From contig JBGANF010000016.1 of NCBI GenBank assembly GCA_044222475.1, forward strand, positions 23,302-87,301: a stretch of DNA of 64,000 nucleotides, in the 5' to 3' direction. The notes under the pieces were generated by a model. That model searched no databases. It was not told the origin of the DNA and saw only the letters and a program-made list of their open reading frames with translations. Position numbers and translations under genes: made by a program. This document shows positions 27,913 to 37,439 of this stretch, one piece after another (position 1 is the stretch's first letter; each line of letters begins with the position of its first letter). The DNA is from Polyangiaceae bacterium. Lineage in GTDB: Bacteria > Myxococcota_A > Polyangia > Polyangiales > Polyangiaceae.

Positions 27913-29117
27913 GGATTCGGCTCGGAGCGCTCTCGCTCGCGCTCGCCGCGGCGGCGGCTTCCGCGTGTTACATCGACACCGGCAGCGGCGTCGTGGCGGT
28001 CCAGCCGATGGAGCTCGACACTGCCGCGTGGAACCTCGGCAACGCCGACTTCGGGACGATAGCGTCCGCCGTCGACCTCGACGATCAGCTGATCGTGTAC
28101 TCGAGCAAGGGGATGTTCGTCCTCTCCGGTGGAGTCATCAGCGCGCAGGACAACACGGTCACCGCGTGGGCTCCGAACGCAGCGGCTGCGGTCCCCGCGT
28201 CCGACGGCAACGGCACGTGGGCGGTGGCGGTCGACGGCACCGGGACCCTGCAGCGCGTCTACGCCGCGTCGAAGCTCGACGCGGTCTCGGATCGCTACGG
28301 TCTGCTCGGCACCAAGGTGCGCGGCCTCGCGCGCGCATCGAGCCCGGACGCTCCGGGCGCGATCGCCTTCGCGCTCGACGGGGCGAGCGTCGCGTTCACC
28401 GACGGCAAGGACGTGCAGCGCTACGACGTCGTGCTCACGCAGGTGTCCGCCGCGCCGTGGCGCATCGCCGGCCTCGCGCCCGACGGCGCGGTGGTCACGG
28501 TGAAGCTCGACCCGAAGAAGCCTGCCCACGACGGCACGGCGTTCAAGATCGTCCTCGACGACGTCCTCTCGACCGCGTTCGACGGCGACCGGCTCGTCAT
28601 CGAGGCGAAGCGCGCGCTCTACCGCGAGCGGCTCGACGGCACCTTCGACGTGGTCATGGATGCGGGCGAGGACCTTCACGGTCTCGCCGCGACGCCGAAC
28701 GGCGTTTGGTTCGGCGTCGGCGCGCGGTTGTGCCTCTACGACGGCGAGCTCCACTGCGCCGACGCGAGCCTCGACTCCACCGCGACGCTCGTCGGCTCCG
28801 CCCGCGGCGTCTACGCGATCGAGCAAGGCAAGATGCGCGCGCTCGAGCGAAAGGCCGGCGGAGCAGAAGGGCTCTGGCGCGCCCAGGTCCGGCCGGTCTT
28901 CGCCCGGGTCTGCAGCTCGTGCCACGCCCGCGGCGGCAGCTCGGGAATCGATCTCTCTTCCTACAAGGCGTGGGCGACGCGCGTCGCGCAGATCGACGAT
29001 CGCGTCCTCGTGAAGAAGAACATGCCGACCAACCAGACGCTGTCGGGGACCGACTACGACATCGTGCGCACGTGGGTGGACTGCCAGAAAGACGCGTCGA
29101 AGTGCCCGGCTCCGTGA
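27909..29117 (+). CDS. Lipoprotein with beta-rich N-terminus and C-terminal c-type cytochrome domain
   Basis: GTGA overlap; lipobox AASAC; VRPVFARVCSSCHA...NMP....L......VRTWV. Confidence 0.8.
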   Translation: MRIRLGALSLALAAAAASACYIDTGSGVVAVQPMELDTAAWNLGNADFGTIASAVDLDDQLIVYSSKGMFVLSGGVISAQDNTVTAWAPNAAAAVPASDGNGTWAVAVDGTGTLQRVYAASKLDAVSDRYGLLGTKVRGLARASSPDAPGAIAFALDGASVAFTDGKDVQRYDVVLTQVSAAPWRIAGLAPDGAVVTVKLDPKKPAHDGTAFKIVLDDVLSTAFDGDRLVIEAKRALYRERLDGTFDVVMDAGEDLHGLAATPNGVWFGVGARLCLYDGELHCADASLDSTATLVGSARGVYAIEQGKMRALERKAGGAEGLWRAQVRPVFARVCSSCHARGGSSGIDLSSYKAWATRVAQIDDRVLVKKNMPTNQTLSGTDYDIVRTWVDCQKDASKCPAP

Positions 29118-29164
29118 GCGGGTGAGCGCAGCGCGGCGCGCGAAGACATTGTAGGCTTCGCGCC

Positions 29165-30511
29165 ATGAAGCTCCGACGTGCCATTCGACCCGTGGCTCTC
29201 GCTGTTTGTGCCTTTGCTGGCGGCGCCGCGATGGACCTCGTGACCGGCCGCAGCGCCGAAGCCACGCCTCAAGCGGAGAGCCCCTACGCGGCGATGGGTC
29301 AGCTAGGCCGCGTCCTCGTCACGGTCGAGAACGACTACGTCGACCCGGTGGACCGCGCGAAGATCGTCAACGGCGCGATCGCGGGCATGGTCGGCGAGCT
29401 CGATCCCCACTCGGCGTACATGAACCCGCAGGAGTACTCGGAGTTCCAGAACGACACCGAGGGGCAGTTCGGTGGGATCGGCGTCGAGGTCGACGCGCGC
29501 ACCGACGGCATCACCGTTCTCCTCCCGATCGAGGGTGCGCCCGCCGAGAAGGCCGGGATCAAGAGCGGCGACAAGATCGTCGCGGTCGACGGGCAGAGCG
29601 TGCTCGCCGGCGGGATGGACAAGATCCTCAAGCGGATGCGCGGTACGCCTGGCACTCACGTCAAGCTCACGGTTCGGCGGCCGGGCGAGAAGGACCCTCT
29701 CGAGTTCGATCTCGTGCGCGAGATCGTCAAGGTCCCAAGCGTCCGCTCACAGGTCCTCAAGGGCAACATCGCCTATGTAAAGTGCAAGCAATTCCAGGAG
29801 CACACCCACGAGGAGCTCCTCAAGGCCATCGGCAAGCTGAAGGCCGAGGCGACCGGACCGCTCACTGGCGTGCTCTTCGACCTTCGCGCGAACCCCGGCG
29901 GCCTCGTCGACCAAGCCGCCGCGGTCGCCGACGAGTTCCTCGCGTCGGGCACCATCTACTCGATGCGCCACCGCGGTACCGTGATCGACGAGACGTCGGC
30001 CCACTCGGGTGGCGCGTTCGTGGACCTTCCCGTCGTCGTCCTCGTCAGCGAGTGGAGCGCGAGCGCCTCCGAGTTGGTCGCCGGCGCGCTTCAAGATCAC
30101 AAGCGAGCGCTGATCGTCGGCGTGCGCACGTTCGGCAAGGGGAGCGTGCAGACGATCCTCGACCTGCCGAACGGCGCCGGCATGCGCCTCACGACCGCGC
30201 GCTACTACACGCCGAGCGGCCACGGCATCCAGGCCGACGGCGTTCACCCCGACGTTCTCGTCGAGCCGGAGGGCGGCGCGAAGGCGCCGTCGCTTCGCGA
30301 GTCGGATCTCGACAACGCGCTCGCCCCGCAGGGCGCGAGCCAAGCCGACGCCGGCGCCGTCGTCACCTACTCGCTCGACGGCGGCGTGATCGACCCGCTG
30401 TCCGTTCGGATCGTTCCCACCGATCCTTCGACCTCGCAGGATCCGGTGCTCAAAGTCGGCTACGAGCTCTTGCGGGACAAGCTCGTCGGTCACGGCCCTC
30501 TGGTGAAGTGA
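29165..30511 (+). CDS. ctpA: Carboxyl-terminal processing protease (S41A) with PDZ domain
   Basis: LDPHSAY, FGGIG, DLRANPGG, SASASE, TFGKGSVQ, TTARYYTPSG. Confidence 0.93.
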   Translation: MKLRRAIRPVALAVCAFAGGAAMDLVTGRSAEATPQAESPYAAMGQLGRVLVTVENDYVDPVDRAKIVNGAIAGMVGELDPHSAYMNPQEYSEFQNDTEGQFGGIGVEVDARTDGITVLLPIEGAPAEKAGIKSGDKIVAVDGQSVLAGGMDKILKRMRGTPGTHVKLTVRRPGEKDPLEFDLVREIVKVPSVRSQVLKGNIAYVKCKQFQEHTHEELLKAIGKLKAEATGPLTGVLFDLRANPGGLVDQAAAVADEFLASGTIYSMRHRGTVIDETSAHSGGAFVDLPVVVLVSEWSASASELVAGALQDHKRALIVGVRTFGKGSVQTILDLPNGAGMRLTTARYYTPSGHGIQADGVHPDVLVEPEGGAKAPSLRESDLDNALAPQGASQADAGAVVTYSLDGGVIDPLSVRIVPTDPSTSQDPVLKVGYELLRDKLVGHGPLVK

Positions 30512-30517
30512 GGTGAG

Positions 30518-31561
30518 ATGATGCTGCTCCACGACGTTCGCGACCGCGCGTTTCGGCGAATCATGAAGCTGCCCGACCGATGGCTCGGCCGGGCCGTCGG
30601 TGCTCCGGTTCAGCTCGACGGACAGACCCTCGACGTCCAGACGCAGATGATGCTCGCCGCCGCGAAGCTCGCTGGGGTGAAGGACGAGGACGACGTCGGT
30701 CGAGCGCGCCGGGCGATGGACCGCGACATCGAGGCGGTCGCACCGCCCGCAGTGCCGATGAAGCGCGAGCGCGATTTCCGCGTCGACATCGGTGGCGGGG
30801 TCTCGCTCCCGGCGCGCTTGTACGTGCCGAAGACCGCAGCGACCGAGCCGCCGCTCCTCCTGTTCTTCCACGGCGGCGGGTTCGTGTGCGGGAGCATTCG
30901 ATCGCACGACGCCGGGGTGCGGGAGCTCGCGCACGAGAGCGGAGTCGCGATGCTCTCGCTCGAGTACCGGCTCGCGCCGGAGCACAAAGCCCCGACGGGT
31001 CCCGAGGACGGCTTTCGGGCGCTGGAGTGGGCACGCGCGAACGCGGCGTCCCTCGGCGTCGATGGTCGGCGCATCGGCGTCGGTGGCGACTCTGCCGGTG
31101 GCAACCTCAGCGCCGTCGTCAGCCACATGTGCCGAGAGCGGCAAGTGCCGCAGCCGTGGGTTCAGCTGCTCATCTACCCGGCGGTGGACCTCACGTGCTC
31201 CGCAGAGTCCCATCGCACGTTCGCGACGGGGTTCTTCCTCGAGGAGCAGCGCATCGAGTGGTACCTCCACCACTACGTCTCCAACGACGCCGAGCGCACC
31301 GCGCCCCACGTGTCGCCGATCTTCGAGAACACGTTTCGCGGGCTCGCGCCGGCGATCGTCGTGACCGCTGGCTTCGACCCGCTGCGCGACGAAGGCGCGG
31401 CCTACGCCGACAAGCTCCGCGAGGCCGACGTCTCGACGGTCTACCGGTGCGAGCGCGGGCTCATCCACGGGTTCTTCAACATGACCGGTGTCGTTCGCGA
31501 AGCGCGCGCGGCCCAGCTTCGGATGGCCGAGGATCTGCGCCGCGCGTTTGCGCGAGCCTGA
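30518..31561 (+). CDS. HSL-family esterase/lipase
   Basis: HGGG, YRLAPEH, GDSAGG, DPLRDE, HGF. Confidence 0.95.
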   Translation: MMLLHDVRDRAFRRIMKLPDRWLGRAVGAPVQLDGQTLDVQTQMMLAAAKLAGVKDEDDVGRARRAMDRDIEAVAPPAVPMKRERDFRVDIGGGVSLPARLYVPKTAATEPPLLLFFHGGGFVCGSIRSHDAGVRELAHESGVAMLSLEYRLAPEHKAPTGPEDGFRALEWARANAASLGVDGRRIGVGGDSAGGNLSAVVSHMCRERQVPQPWVQLLIYPAVDLTCSAESHRTFATGFFLEEQRIEWYLHHYVSNDAERTAPHVSPIFENTFRGLAPAIVVTAGFDPLRDEGAAYADKLREADVSTVYRCERGLIHGFFNMTGVVREARAAQLRMAEDLRRAFARA

Positions 31562-31564
31562 GCC

Positions 31565-32287
31565 TCAGCCCGGGCCGCCACTGCCGCTGTCGGTCGAGCC
31601 GTCGGATTTCTGGTCCGGCTTCGCGTCGAAGCTTGCGCTGTCGGGAGGGAACGAGCTGTCGGCCGCGTCGAAGAGCTTCCCGTCCGTGCTCGTTCCGTCG
31701 AGCCCCACGGCGTCGACGAACGTCGCGTCCTTGCCGGCCTCGCGCGGGGACTCGGCGTCTCGGCACGTGTTGTCGATCGTGCAGTCGGGCGTGACGCCCA
31801 CGCACACCCCGTCCACGCAGGTCTCGTTCGCGTTCGCGCACTTCACACCGGCGCACTTGAGCGACAGGTGAATGGGCAGATCGAGCGCAGTGTGTGGGAT
31901 GTAGCGGAGGACGCGCTTGGCGATGATGCAGTTGCCGGGGTTTTGAGTGTCGCAATCGACGGACTTGATGAACGGGAGCGCAGGGTTGCTCCGCGACGCG
32001 ACCGCGACCTCGATCGCGACTTGATCGTCCACGCTCTTGCTCGGGACGATCGCGAGCGTTCCGATCGCGCCGGCCTTGCAGTCCGGGGCGACGACCGCGC
32101 TGGATGCGTTCGACTCGACGGAGGCCGACGTCCCGACGCGGATCGCGACACCACCCGCGAGCGCCACCTCGTTGCACGGCACGTCGGTCGTGATCGAGAT
32201 CGTGATCTCGGTCGGCTCGCGGCACGCGGCAGCCAGGATCGTCGCGCCGACCCAACCCGCGGCGACGGCAAATCGAAGCCATTTCAT
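31565..32287 (-). CDS. Cys-rich lipoprotein, paralog 1 (short)
   Basis: AAACREPTEITISITTDVPC...CIIAKRVLRYIPHT; low-complexity tail. Confidence 0.8.
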   Translation of the reverse strand: MKWLRFAVAAGWVGATILAAACREPTEITISITTDVPCNEVALAGGVAIRVGTSASVESNASSAVVAPDCKAGAIGTLAIVPSKSVDDQVAIEVAVASRSNPALPFIKSVDCDTQNPGNCIIAKRVLRYIPHTALDLPIHLSLKCAGVKCANANETCVDGVCVGVTPDCTIDNTCRDAESPREAGKDATFVDAVGLDGTSTDGKLFDAADSSFPPDSASFDAKPDQKSDGSTDSGSGGPG

Positions 32288-32309
32288 GCTGCCAGCATAC
32301 CGCATCCCG

Positions 32310-33848
32310 TCACTTCGCGACCATGTGGGGGATGCCGTCCTGAAGGAAATAGACGGCCTTGTCGTCGACGTCGATGCAGACCCGCGTACCCAGCGCGTTC
32401 AGCGGCAGCGACGACACGATGACGCGGGTGGGCGGTGCCGTCGTCTTGCGCGCGAAGATGGAGTACTTCCCCGGCGTCCCTTCGACCCAGTAGAGCGTAT
32501 CGGTGAGTGCGTCGTGGACCATCCCGAGGATGGGGTTTCCCTGCCCAGCGAAGAGGTTCTGAGGAACGGGCACGGCCGGGGGCTGTGCGACCGCGGACCA
32601 GACTTCCTTGCCGATGTCGAAGTAGTAGGTGTCGGTCCCGCGGCGGGAAGTGATCCAGTTGGAGGTTCCGGCCGCGAGGCCTACGGTCTGGTTGTCGTTC
32701 GCTCCGTTGGCGATGGATCCCACGTGGAGTTTTCCGCTCGTGAGCGCCGCCCAGGTCGTCGCCCCGGTGGCCACGGTGTCCGCCGCGGTCGACGTGTTCT
32801 GCGCCGCACCCGAGCAGGTGATCAAACTCGACCGAAGCATGCAGAACTTGTCGGCGTCGTTGCGGGAGATCCAGCGGATCGAGGGTACGATCGTTCCGGA
32901 GCCGATCGCCGGAGGAACCACGTGCACGAGGTAACCGGTCGGCGCCACGGGCGGCACCGAAGCCACGTAGCTCGCGCTGTTGGGGCTCGCGGCGACGTTC
33001 TGCGCGGTTCCGATCGGCGACGGCTCGTTCGTGGCGTAGGTCGTCGCGCCGACCTTGGGTGCGGTGTAGCCATGACCGACCGTCCCGTCGAAGCCCGTCC
33101 AGACGACGTGGCTCTTGGTGAGCGCGAGACATCCATCGAGCTGGGAAAGCGCCGGAGCGGGGACGACCTTGCACACGCCGGCGACGCAGACGTTCGAAGG
33201 ACAAACGAAGCCGCACTTGCCGCAGTTCTTCGGATCGTTCGTGAGGTCCCCCGAGCAGCCGCCATCGCTCTGGGCATCGGCCGGGATCGCGGCGTCCTTC
33301 GTCGGGCCGGCGTCGACCGGCGGCGCCGGAGGGCTGCAGCCGCTCTCCGTGCACTGGATCTGCGCGTCGGCGCACGTGCCCTCGACGCAGGTCTGCGTGC
33401 TCGGGCACCGGACGCCGGCGCAGGTCGTCGAGAGCTTGACCGGGAGCGGCAGCGTGGTGTGCGACACGTAGCGGAGCACGCGCCGCGCGAGCACGCAGTT
33501 CCCCGGCGCGGCGGCGGAGCAATCCGTCGACCGGGTCTGGGTGACCGGAGCGATCTTGGTCGCGACCGAGAGGAGGATCGCGACTTGGTCGTCGCTCCCG
33601 CTCGGCACGATCGCGAGCGACCCGATGGTACCGTTCGCTGCGCAGCTCGTGGCCTCCAGGCGCGTGGTCGGTGAGTCGTCGACGGTCGCTGGCGTACCCA
33701 CGCGGATGGCGACTCCACCAGCGGACGCGACGTCGCTACACGGAACGTCGGTCGTGATCTCGAGGAGGATCTGCGTCGGCTCGCGGCAGCTCAGTGCCAC
33801 GAGGAAGGGCGCGATCGCGACGGCTAGGAGGAGTGCTTTCCGTACCAT
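32310..33848 (-). CDS. Cys-rich lipoprotein, paralog 2
   Basis: ALSCREPTQILLEITTDVPC...CVLARRVLRYVSHT; DPKNCGKCG repeat; beta-rich C-terminus. Confidence 0.8.
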   Translation of the reverse strand: MVRKALLLAVAIAPFLVALSCREPTQILLEITTDVPCSDVASAGGVAIRVGTPATVDDSPTTRLEATSCAANGTIGSLAIVPSGSDDQVAILLSVATKIAPVTQTRSTDCSAAAPGNCVLARRVLRYVSHTTLPLPVKLSTTCAGVRCPSTQTCVEGTCADAQIQCTESGCSPPAPPVDAGPTKDAAIPADAQSDGGCSGDLTNDPKNCGKCGFVCPSNVCVAGVCKVVPAPALSQLDGCLALTKSHVVWTGFDGTVGHGYTAPKVGATTYATNEPSPIGTAQNVAASPNSASYVASVPPVAPTGYLVHVVPPAIGSGTIVPSIRWISRNDADKFCMLRSSLITCSGAAQNTSTAADTVATGATTWAALTSGKLHVGSIANGANDNQTVGLAAGTSNWITSRRGTDTYYFDIGKEVWSAVAQPPAVPVPQNLFAGQGNPILGMVHDALTDTLYWVEGTPGKYSIFARKTTAPPTRVIVSSLPLNALGTRVCIDVDDKAVYFLQDGIPHMVAK

Positions 33849-33855
33849 GACGAGC

Positions 33856-35466
33856 CTATTTGGGGATCCGCCACGGCGCGCCGCCGGACATGTAGTAGAC
33901 GGCGTCGTCGTCGACGTCGACGCAGACGATCGGTCCGAGCTGGTCCACGATCTCGGTGCGGAGGATGGGCGACTGGTTCGACGGTATCGGCGTGCCCGTG
34001 TACGTGAGCTTCCGGATCGTCGCCTTGTTGACGTTGGTCTCCACGAAGTACAGCGTCCCCTTCGAGTCGAGGCGAAGGCCGCGCACCTGATCGACGCCGG
34101 CCCAGATCTCGGTGAAGTTGCCGCCGCCCGACGAGACGAGGATCTTCGTGCCCGAGGCGGCGTAGATCTGGTCGGCTCCACGGACGACGGTCACCGTCCG
34201 GGTCTGCGCCAATGGGACCTTCTGCTGGAGCGTCCCGTTGAAGGTCCCCGGTTGGATCGCGGCGTTCGGCGTCTCCGGTTCGAGGAGGACGGCCCAGAGG
34301 TTCTGACCGACGACGACCGGGCCGACGTTGATCGCGCCGGACAGGGGCGTCTTGGTGAACTTGCCGGTGCAGCTCACGTACGGCACGCTACCCTGTCGGT
34401 AGCTGAAGCACTGCGTGCCGACGTCGCTTCGCCCGACCCAGCCGTTCGCATCGGGCAAGGTGAGGTCGAACGTGGTCCCCGCAACCGGAGGCAGCGCGCC
34501 CGAGTACTCGCGACCGAGCGAGTTGGTCGCCGTGCGGCCGACGAAGCTGAGCTGCCCACCGCCGGACTCGATCGGTCCCACGACGGTGAGGCCGGTGAAC
34601 TTGTTTGCGATGCCGCCGCTTCGCTGCGTCCAGCTGGCGGCGCTCGTGGTGGTCCACCCGACGATCGCCCCAGCGACCGCGATGCAGGCGTCGCCGACGG
34701 CGGTTCCGGTCGCGAGCTTGCACGCACCGGCGACGCACGTCCCCGTGCAGACCAGCCCGCACGCGCCGCAGTTGGACGAATCGGTCAGGAGGTCGACGCA
34801 CTTGCCGTTGCAGCTCTGCAGCGGCGCCGTGCACGCGATCGGGGAGTCGATGAATGCGTCGGGCAACTTCACGTCGAGCGAGACGTCGGGCGGGCTTCCG
34901 TCGAGCATGGGCCCGCCGTCGGGACTCGGCGGCGGGAGACTGCACGGCTCGTTCGGCGGGCACTCGGGGACGGCGCCTTGGCAGACTCCCTCGATGCACG
35001 TCTGGGAAGGATCGTCGCAGGTGACGCCGGCGCACTTGAGCGAGAGGTGAATCGGGAGGCTCAGCGCCGTGTGCGGGATGTAGCGGAGGACCCGCTTCGC
35101 GACGATGCAGTTCTTGGGGTCCTTCGGATCGCAGTCGACGGACTTGTTCACCACGACCGGTGCGCTTCGCGACGCAACGACGACTTGGATGGAGACTTGG
35201 TCGTCGTCGCTGCCGCTCGGGATGATCGCGAGCGTGCCGATGTTGCCGTTGCCGGTGCAGTCGGGCGCCACGATCGAGCTCGCGGTGTTGGACGCCATGG
35301 CGGCGGACGAGCCGATGCGCAACGCGACGCCGCCGGCTTGGGCGACGTCCGAGCACGCGACGTCGGTCGTGATCGCGAGCGTGATCTGCGTCGGCTCACG
35401 GCACGACGCCACGAGGACAAGGAAGCCCGCCGCCCCCGCGGAGAGCCCGAAGCGAAGCCAGTGCAT
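33856..35466 (-). CDS. Cys-rich lipoprotein, paralog 3
   Basis: VASCREPTQITLAITTDVAC...CIVAKRVLRYIPHT; DSSNCGACG repeat; ends CVDVDDDAVYY. Confidence 0.8.
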   Translation of the reverse strand: MHWLRFGLSAGAAGFLVLVASCREPTQITLAITTDVACSDVAQAGGVALRIGSSAAMASNTASSIVAPDCTGNGNIGTLAIIPSGSDDDQVSIQVVVASRSAPVVVNKSVDCDPKDPKNCIVAKRVLRYIPHTALSLPIHLSLKCAGVTCDDPSQTCIEGVCQGAVPECPPNEPCSLPPPSPDGGPMLDGSPPDVSLDVKLPDAFIDSPIACTAPLQSCNGKCVDLLTDSSNCGACGLVCTGTCVAGACKLATGTAVGDACIAVAGAIVGWTTTSAASWTQRSGGIANKFTGLTVVGPIESGGGQLSFVGRTATNSLGREYSGALPPVAGTTFDLTLPDANGWVGRSDVGTQCFSYRQGSVPYVSCTGKFTKTPLSGAINVGPVVVGQNLWAVLLEPETPNAAIQPGTFNGTLQQKVPLAQTRTVTVVRGADQIYAASGTKILVSSGGGNFTEIWAGVDQVRGLRLDSKGTLYFVETNVNKATIRKLTYTGTPIPSNQSPILRTEIVDQLGPIVCVDVDDDAVYYMSGGAPWRIPK

Positions 35467-35497
35467 CCTGCAAGGATAGCCGTCCCTGCGCGAACGC

Positions 35498-36256
35498 CTA
35501 GACGAGACGTCCGAGAAACGCCTTCGTGTCGTACCGGAAGGTCACCTTCCCCGACATCGCGTACTCGTCGAACATGCGGTCGAGGGCGACGCGGAACGTT
35601 TCGTGGGCCGGGCCCGACTTCGGGACGTACGACGACGAGAACACGCGACCGAAGAACGCATCTCGATCGAATACTTGCTCGTTCTTCGCCACGATCTCGA
35701 GCGGCTTCTCGGGAGCGAAAAACTCGACGATCTTGGCGTAGGCATTGCGGTGCTCGACCTCGGCGTAGTCCGGCGATTCACGTTGGAGGAGAGCTTCGTA
35801 CGCAGCGAGGAACGGCGTGTCGGCGAGACGTTCGTTCCACACCAGCGCGACGAGGCCGTCCGGTTTCAGGATGCGCTTCATCTCGACGCGCGTCTTCGTC
35901 GGGTCGAACCAGTGGAACGCCTGGAAGGCGACCACCGCGTCGACCGACCGATCGGCCAGCGTCGTCGCTTCGGCGCTGCCGGGGACGCTGTGGAAAAACG
36001 GAGACCGGCCGAGCTCGGCCTCGGCCGCCTGCCGCATCGGCTCGTTCGGCTCGACGGCGTACACCGTGATCCCCCGCTCGACGAAGAGCTTCGCCGATAT
36101 CCCCGTGCCGCTCCCGAGATCGGCGATGGCGGAGCCCGGTCCGAGCGTGAGCTTCGCGACGAGCTGATCGAGGAGCGGCGCGGGGTACGTCGGCCGATGG
36201 CGGACGTAGTCGGCGACGCGGTTCGAGAATCGTTCGGTGACGTCGGGGAGGGCCAT
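35498..36256 (-). CDS. Class I SAM-dependent methyltransferase
   Basis: RFSNRVADY...RP.YP, DLGSGTG, VEPN, QAFHWFD. Confidence 0.93.
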   Translation of the reverse strand: MALPDVTERFSNRVADYVRHRPTYPAPLLDQLVAKLTLGPGSAIADLGSGTGISAKLFVERGITVYAVEPNEPMRQAAEAELGRSPFFHSVPGSAEATTLADRSVDAVVAFQAFHWFDPTKTRVEMKRILKPDGLVALVWNERLADTPFLAAYEALLQRESPDYAEVEHRNAYAKIVEFFAPEKPLEIVAKNEQVFDRDAFFGRVFSSSYVPKSGPAHETFRVALDRMFDEYAMSGKVTFRYDTKAFLGRLV

Positions 36257-36266
36257 GACACGCGCC

Positions 36267-37439
36267 TCAACTGGCCAAGGTCATCTTGGGGCCGATCGCC
36301 GCGGCGGCAAGCCCGGCCGCGGTGCCCGATGCGAGCGCATCGAGCCACGTTCGCGGACGCCCCGCGAGCACGTCGCCGGCGACGTGCACGCCGGGATCGA
36401 TCGCGCGCGCGCTCTCGGCGAGGACGCCGACCCGCTCGAGCACGGTCGTGCTGCCGTAGGGGAGGGCGAGCTCCTCGGGGGCGATGCCGAACATCGAACC
36501 TGGTACCAAAAAGGGATGACCGTCGACGCCGATCGCGAGCGCGCTCTCGATCGACAGCGAGAACGTCGGGCGCGGGTGGGGCGGGAGTGCGGTCGCGGCG
36601 ATCGCCGCGCTGGGCGTGTAGACGATCCCGCCGGCCGCGACGCCGCCGATCGCGACGACGACCGAGCTCGCGCGAATCACGTCGCCGTTGGCGAGGGTCA
36701 CGAACAGCCCGTCGTCGTCGCGCGAGAGCGCGGCCACGCGGCCGCGGGAGACGAGGACGCTCGCCTTGGCGAGCGCGGCGTCGCGCGAGTGGACGAACCG
36801 CTCGCCGGAGGGCCCTGCGGGATCCCCGAGCACCTCGCCGCAGGGAACGCCGACGATCTCGCTCAGCATCGCCGCTCGCGACTCGCGCGCGCCGAGCCAC
36901 GGCGGAAGCGCGACGGCGCTCGCGGCGGGCGGGAGAGCTTCCTTGAGCCTCGCGCCGAGCGTGCGCAGGCGCTCGGGATCGTCGTGACGGCCGGCGAGCT
37001 CGACGTCCCCCATGGCGTGCTCGGCCTCGCCCTGGAGGAGCGAGACCTTGCCCGAGACGAAGCGGATCTTCCGTTCGCTCGCGATGGGCGACGCGTCCCA
37101 GTGGCGCGCGAGGAGCGCTCCCCGCCAGCGCGGGTGCGACGAGTCGGGCACGAAGACGGTGGAGTCGCTGCGAAGCCGAAGGACGGCTCGGTCCGCCCCG
37201 GACGCGCGGCGAAGCAGGCCGGCGGTGGTCGCGAGGATCGTCTCGCCGAGCTCGACGTTGCCGAGCGCCGCGAGCACCGCGCGTGCGTCGTCACCGAGCG
37301 AGGCGTCGCCGTCGACCGCACCGGACGAGAGCGCGGTCGCGCCGGGGCCACCGTCGATCAAGCGCACCGCCGCGTGTCGCGCCGCTGCTGCGAGCGCTGC
37401 CGCCGTGCCGGCGATCCCGCCACCGAGGACGACGATCAT
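36267..37439 (-). CDS. glpB: FAD-binding protein, anaerobic glycerol-3-phosphate dehydrogenase subunit B-like
   Basis: IVVLGGGIAG, GATALSSGAVD, VVVAIGG..AGG; ATGA-coupled to glpA. Confidence 0.7.
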   Translation of the reverse strand: MIVVLGGGIAGTAAALAAAARHAAVRLIDGGPGATALSSGAVDGDASLGDDARAVLAALGNVELGETILATTAGLLRRASGADRAVLRLRSDSTVFVPDSSHPRWRGALLARHWDASPIASERKIRFVSGKVSLLQGEAEHAMGDVELAGRHDDPERLRTLGARLKEALPPAASAVALPPWLGARESRAAMLSEIVGVPCGEVLGDPAGPSGERFVHSRDAALAKASVLVSRGRVAALSRDDDGLFVTLANGDVIRASSVVVAIGGVAAGGIVYTPSAAIAATALPPHPRPTFSLSIESALAIGVDGHPFLVPGSMFGIAPEELALPYGSTTVLERVGVLAESARAIDPGVHVAGDVLAGRPRTWLDALASGTAAGLAAAAIGPKMTLAS

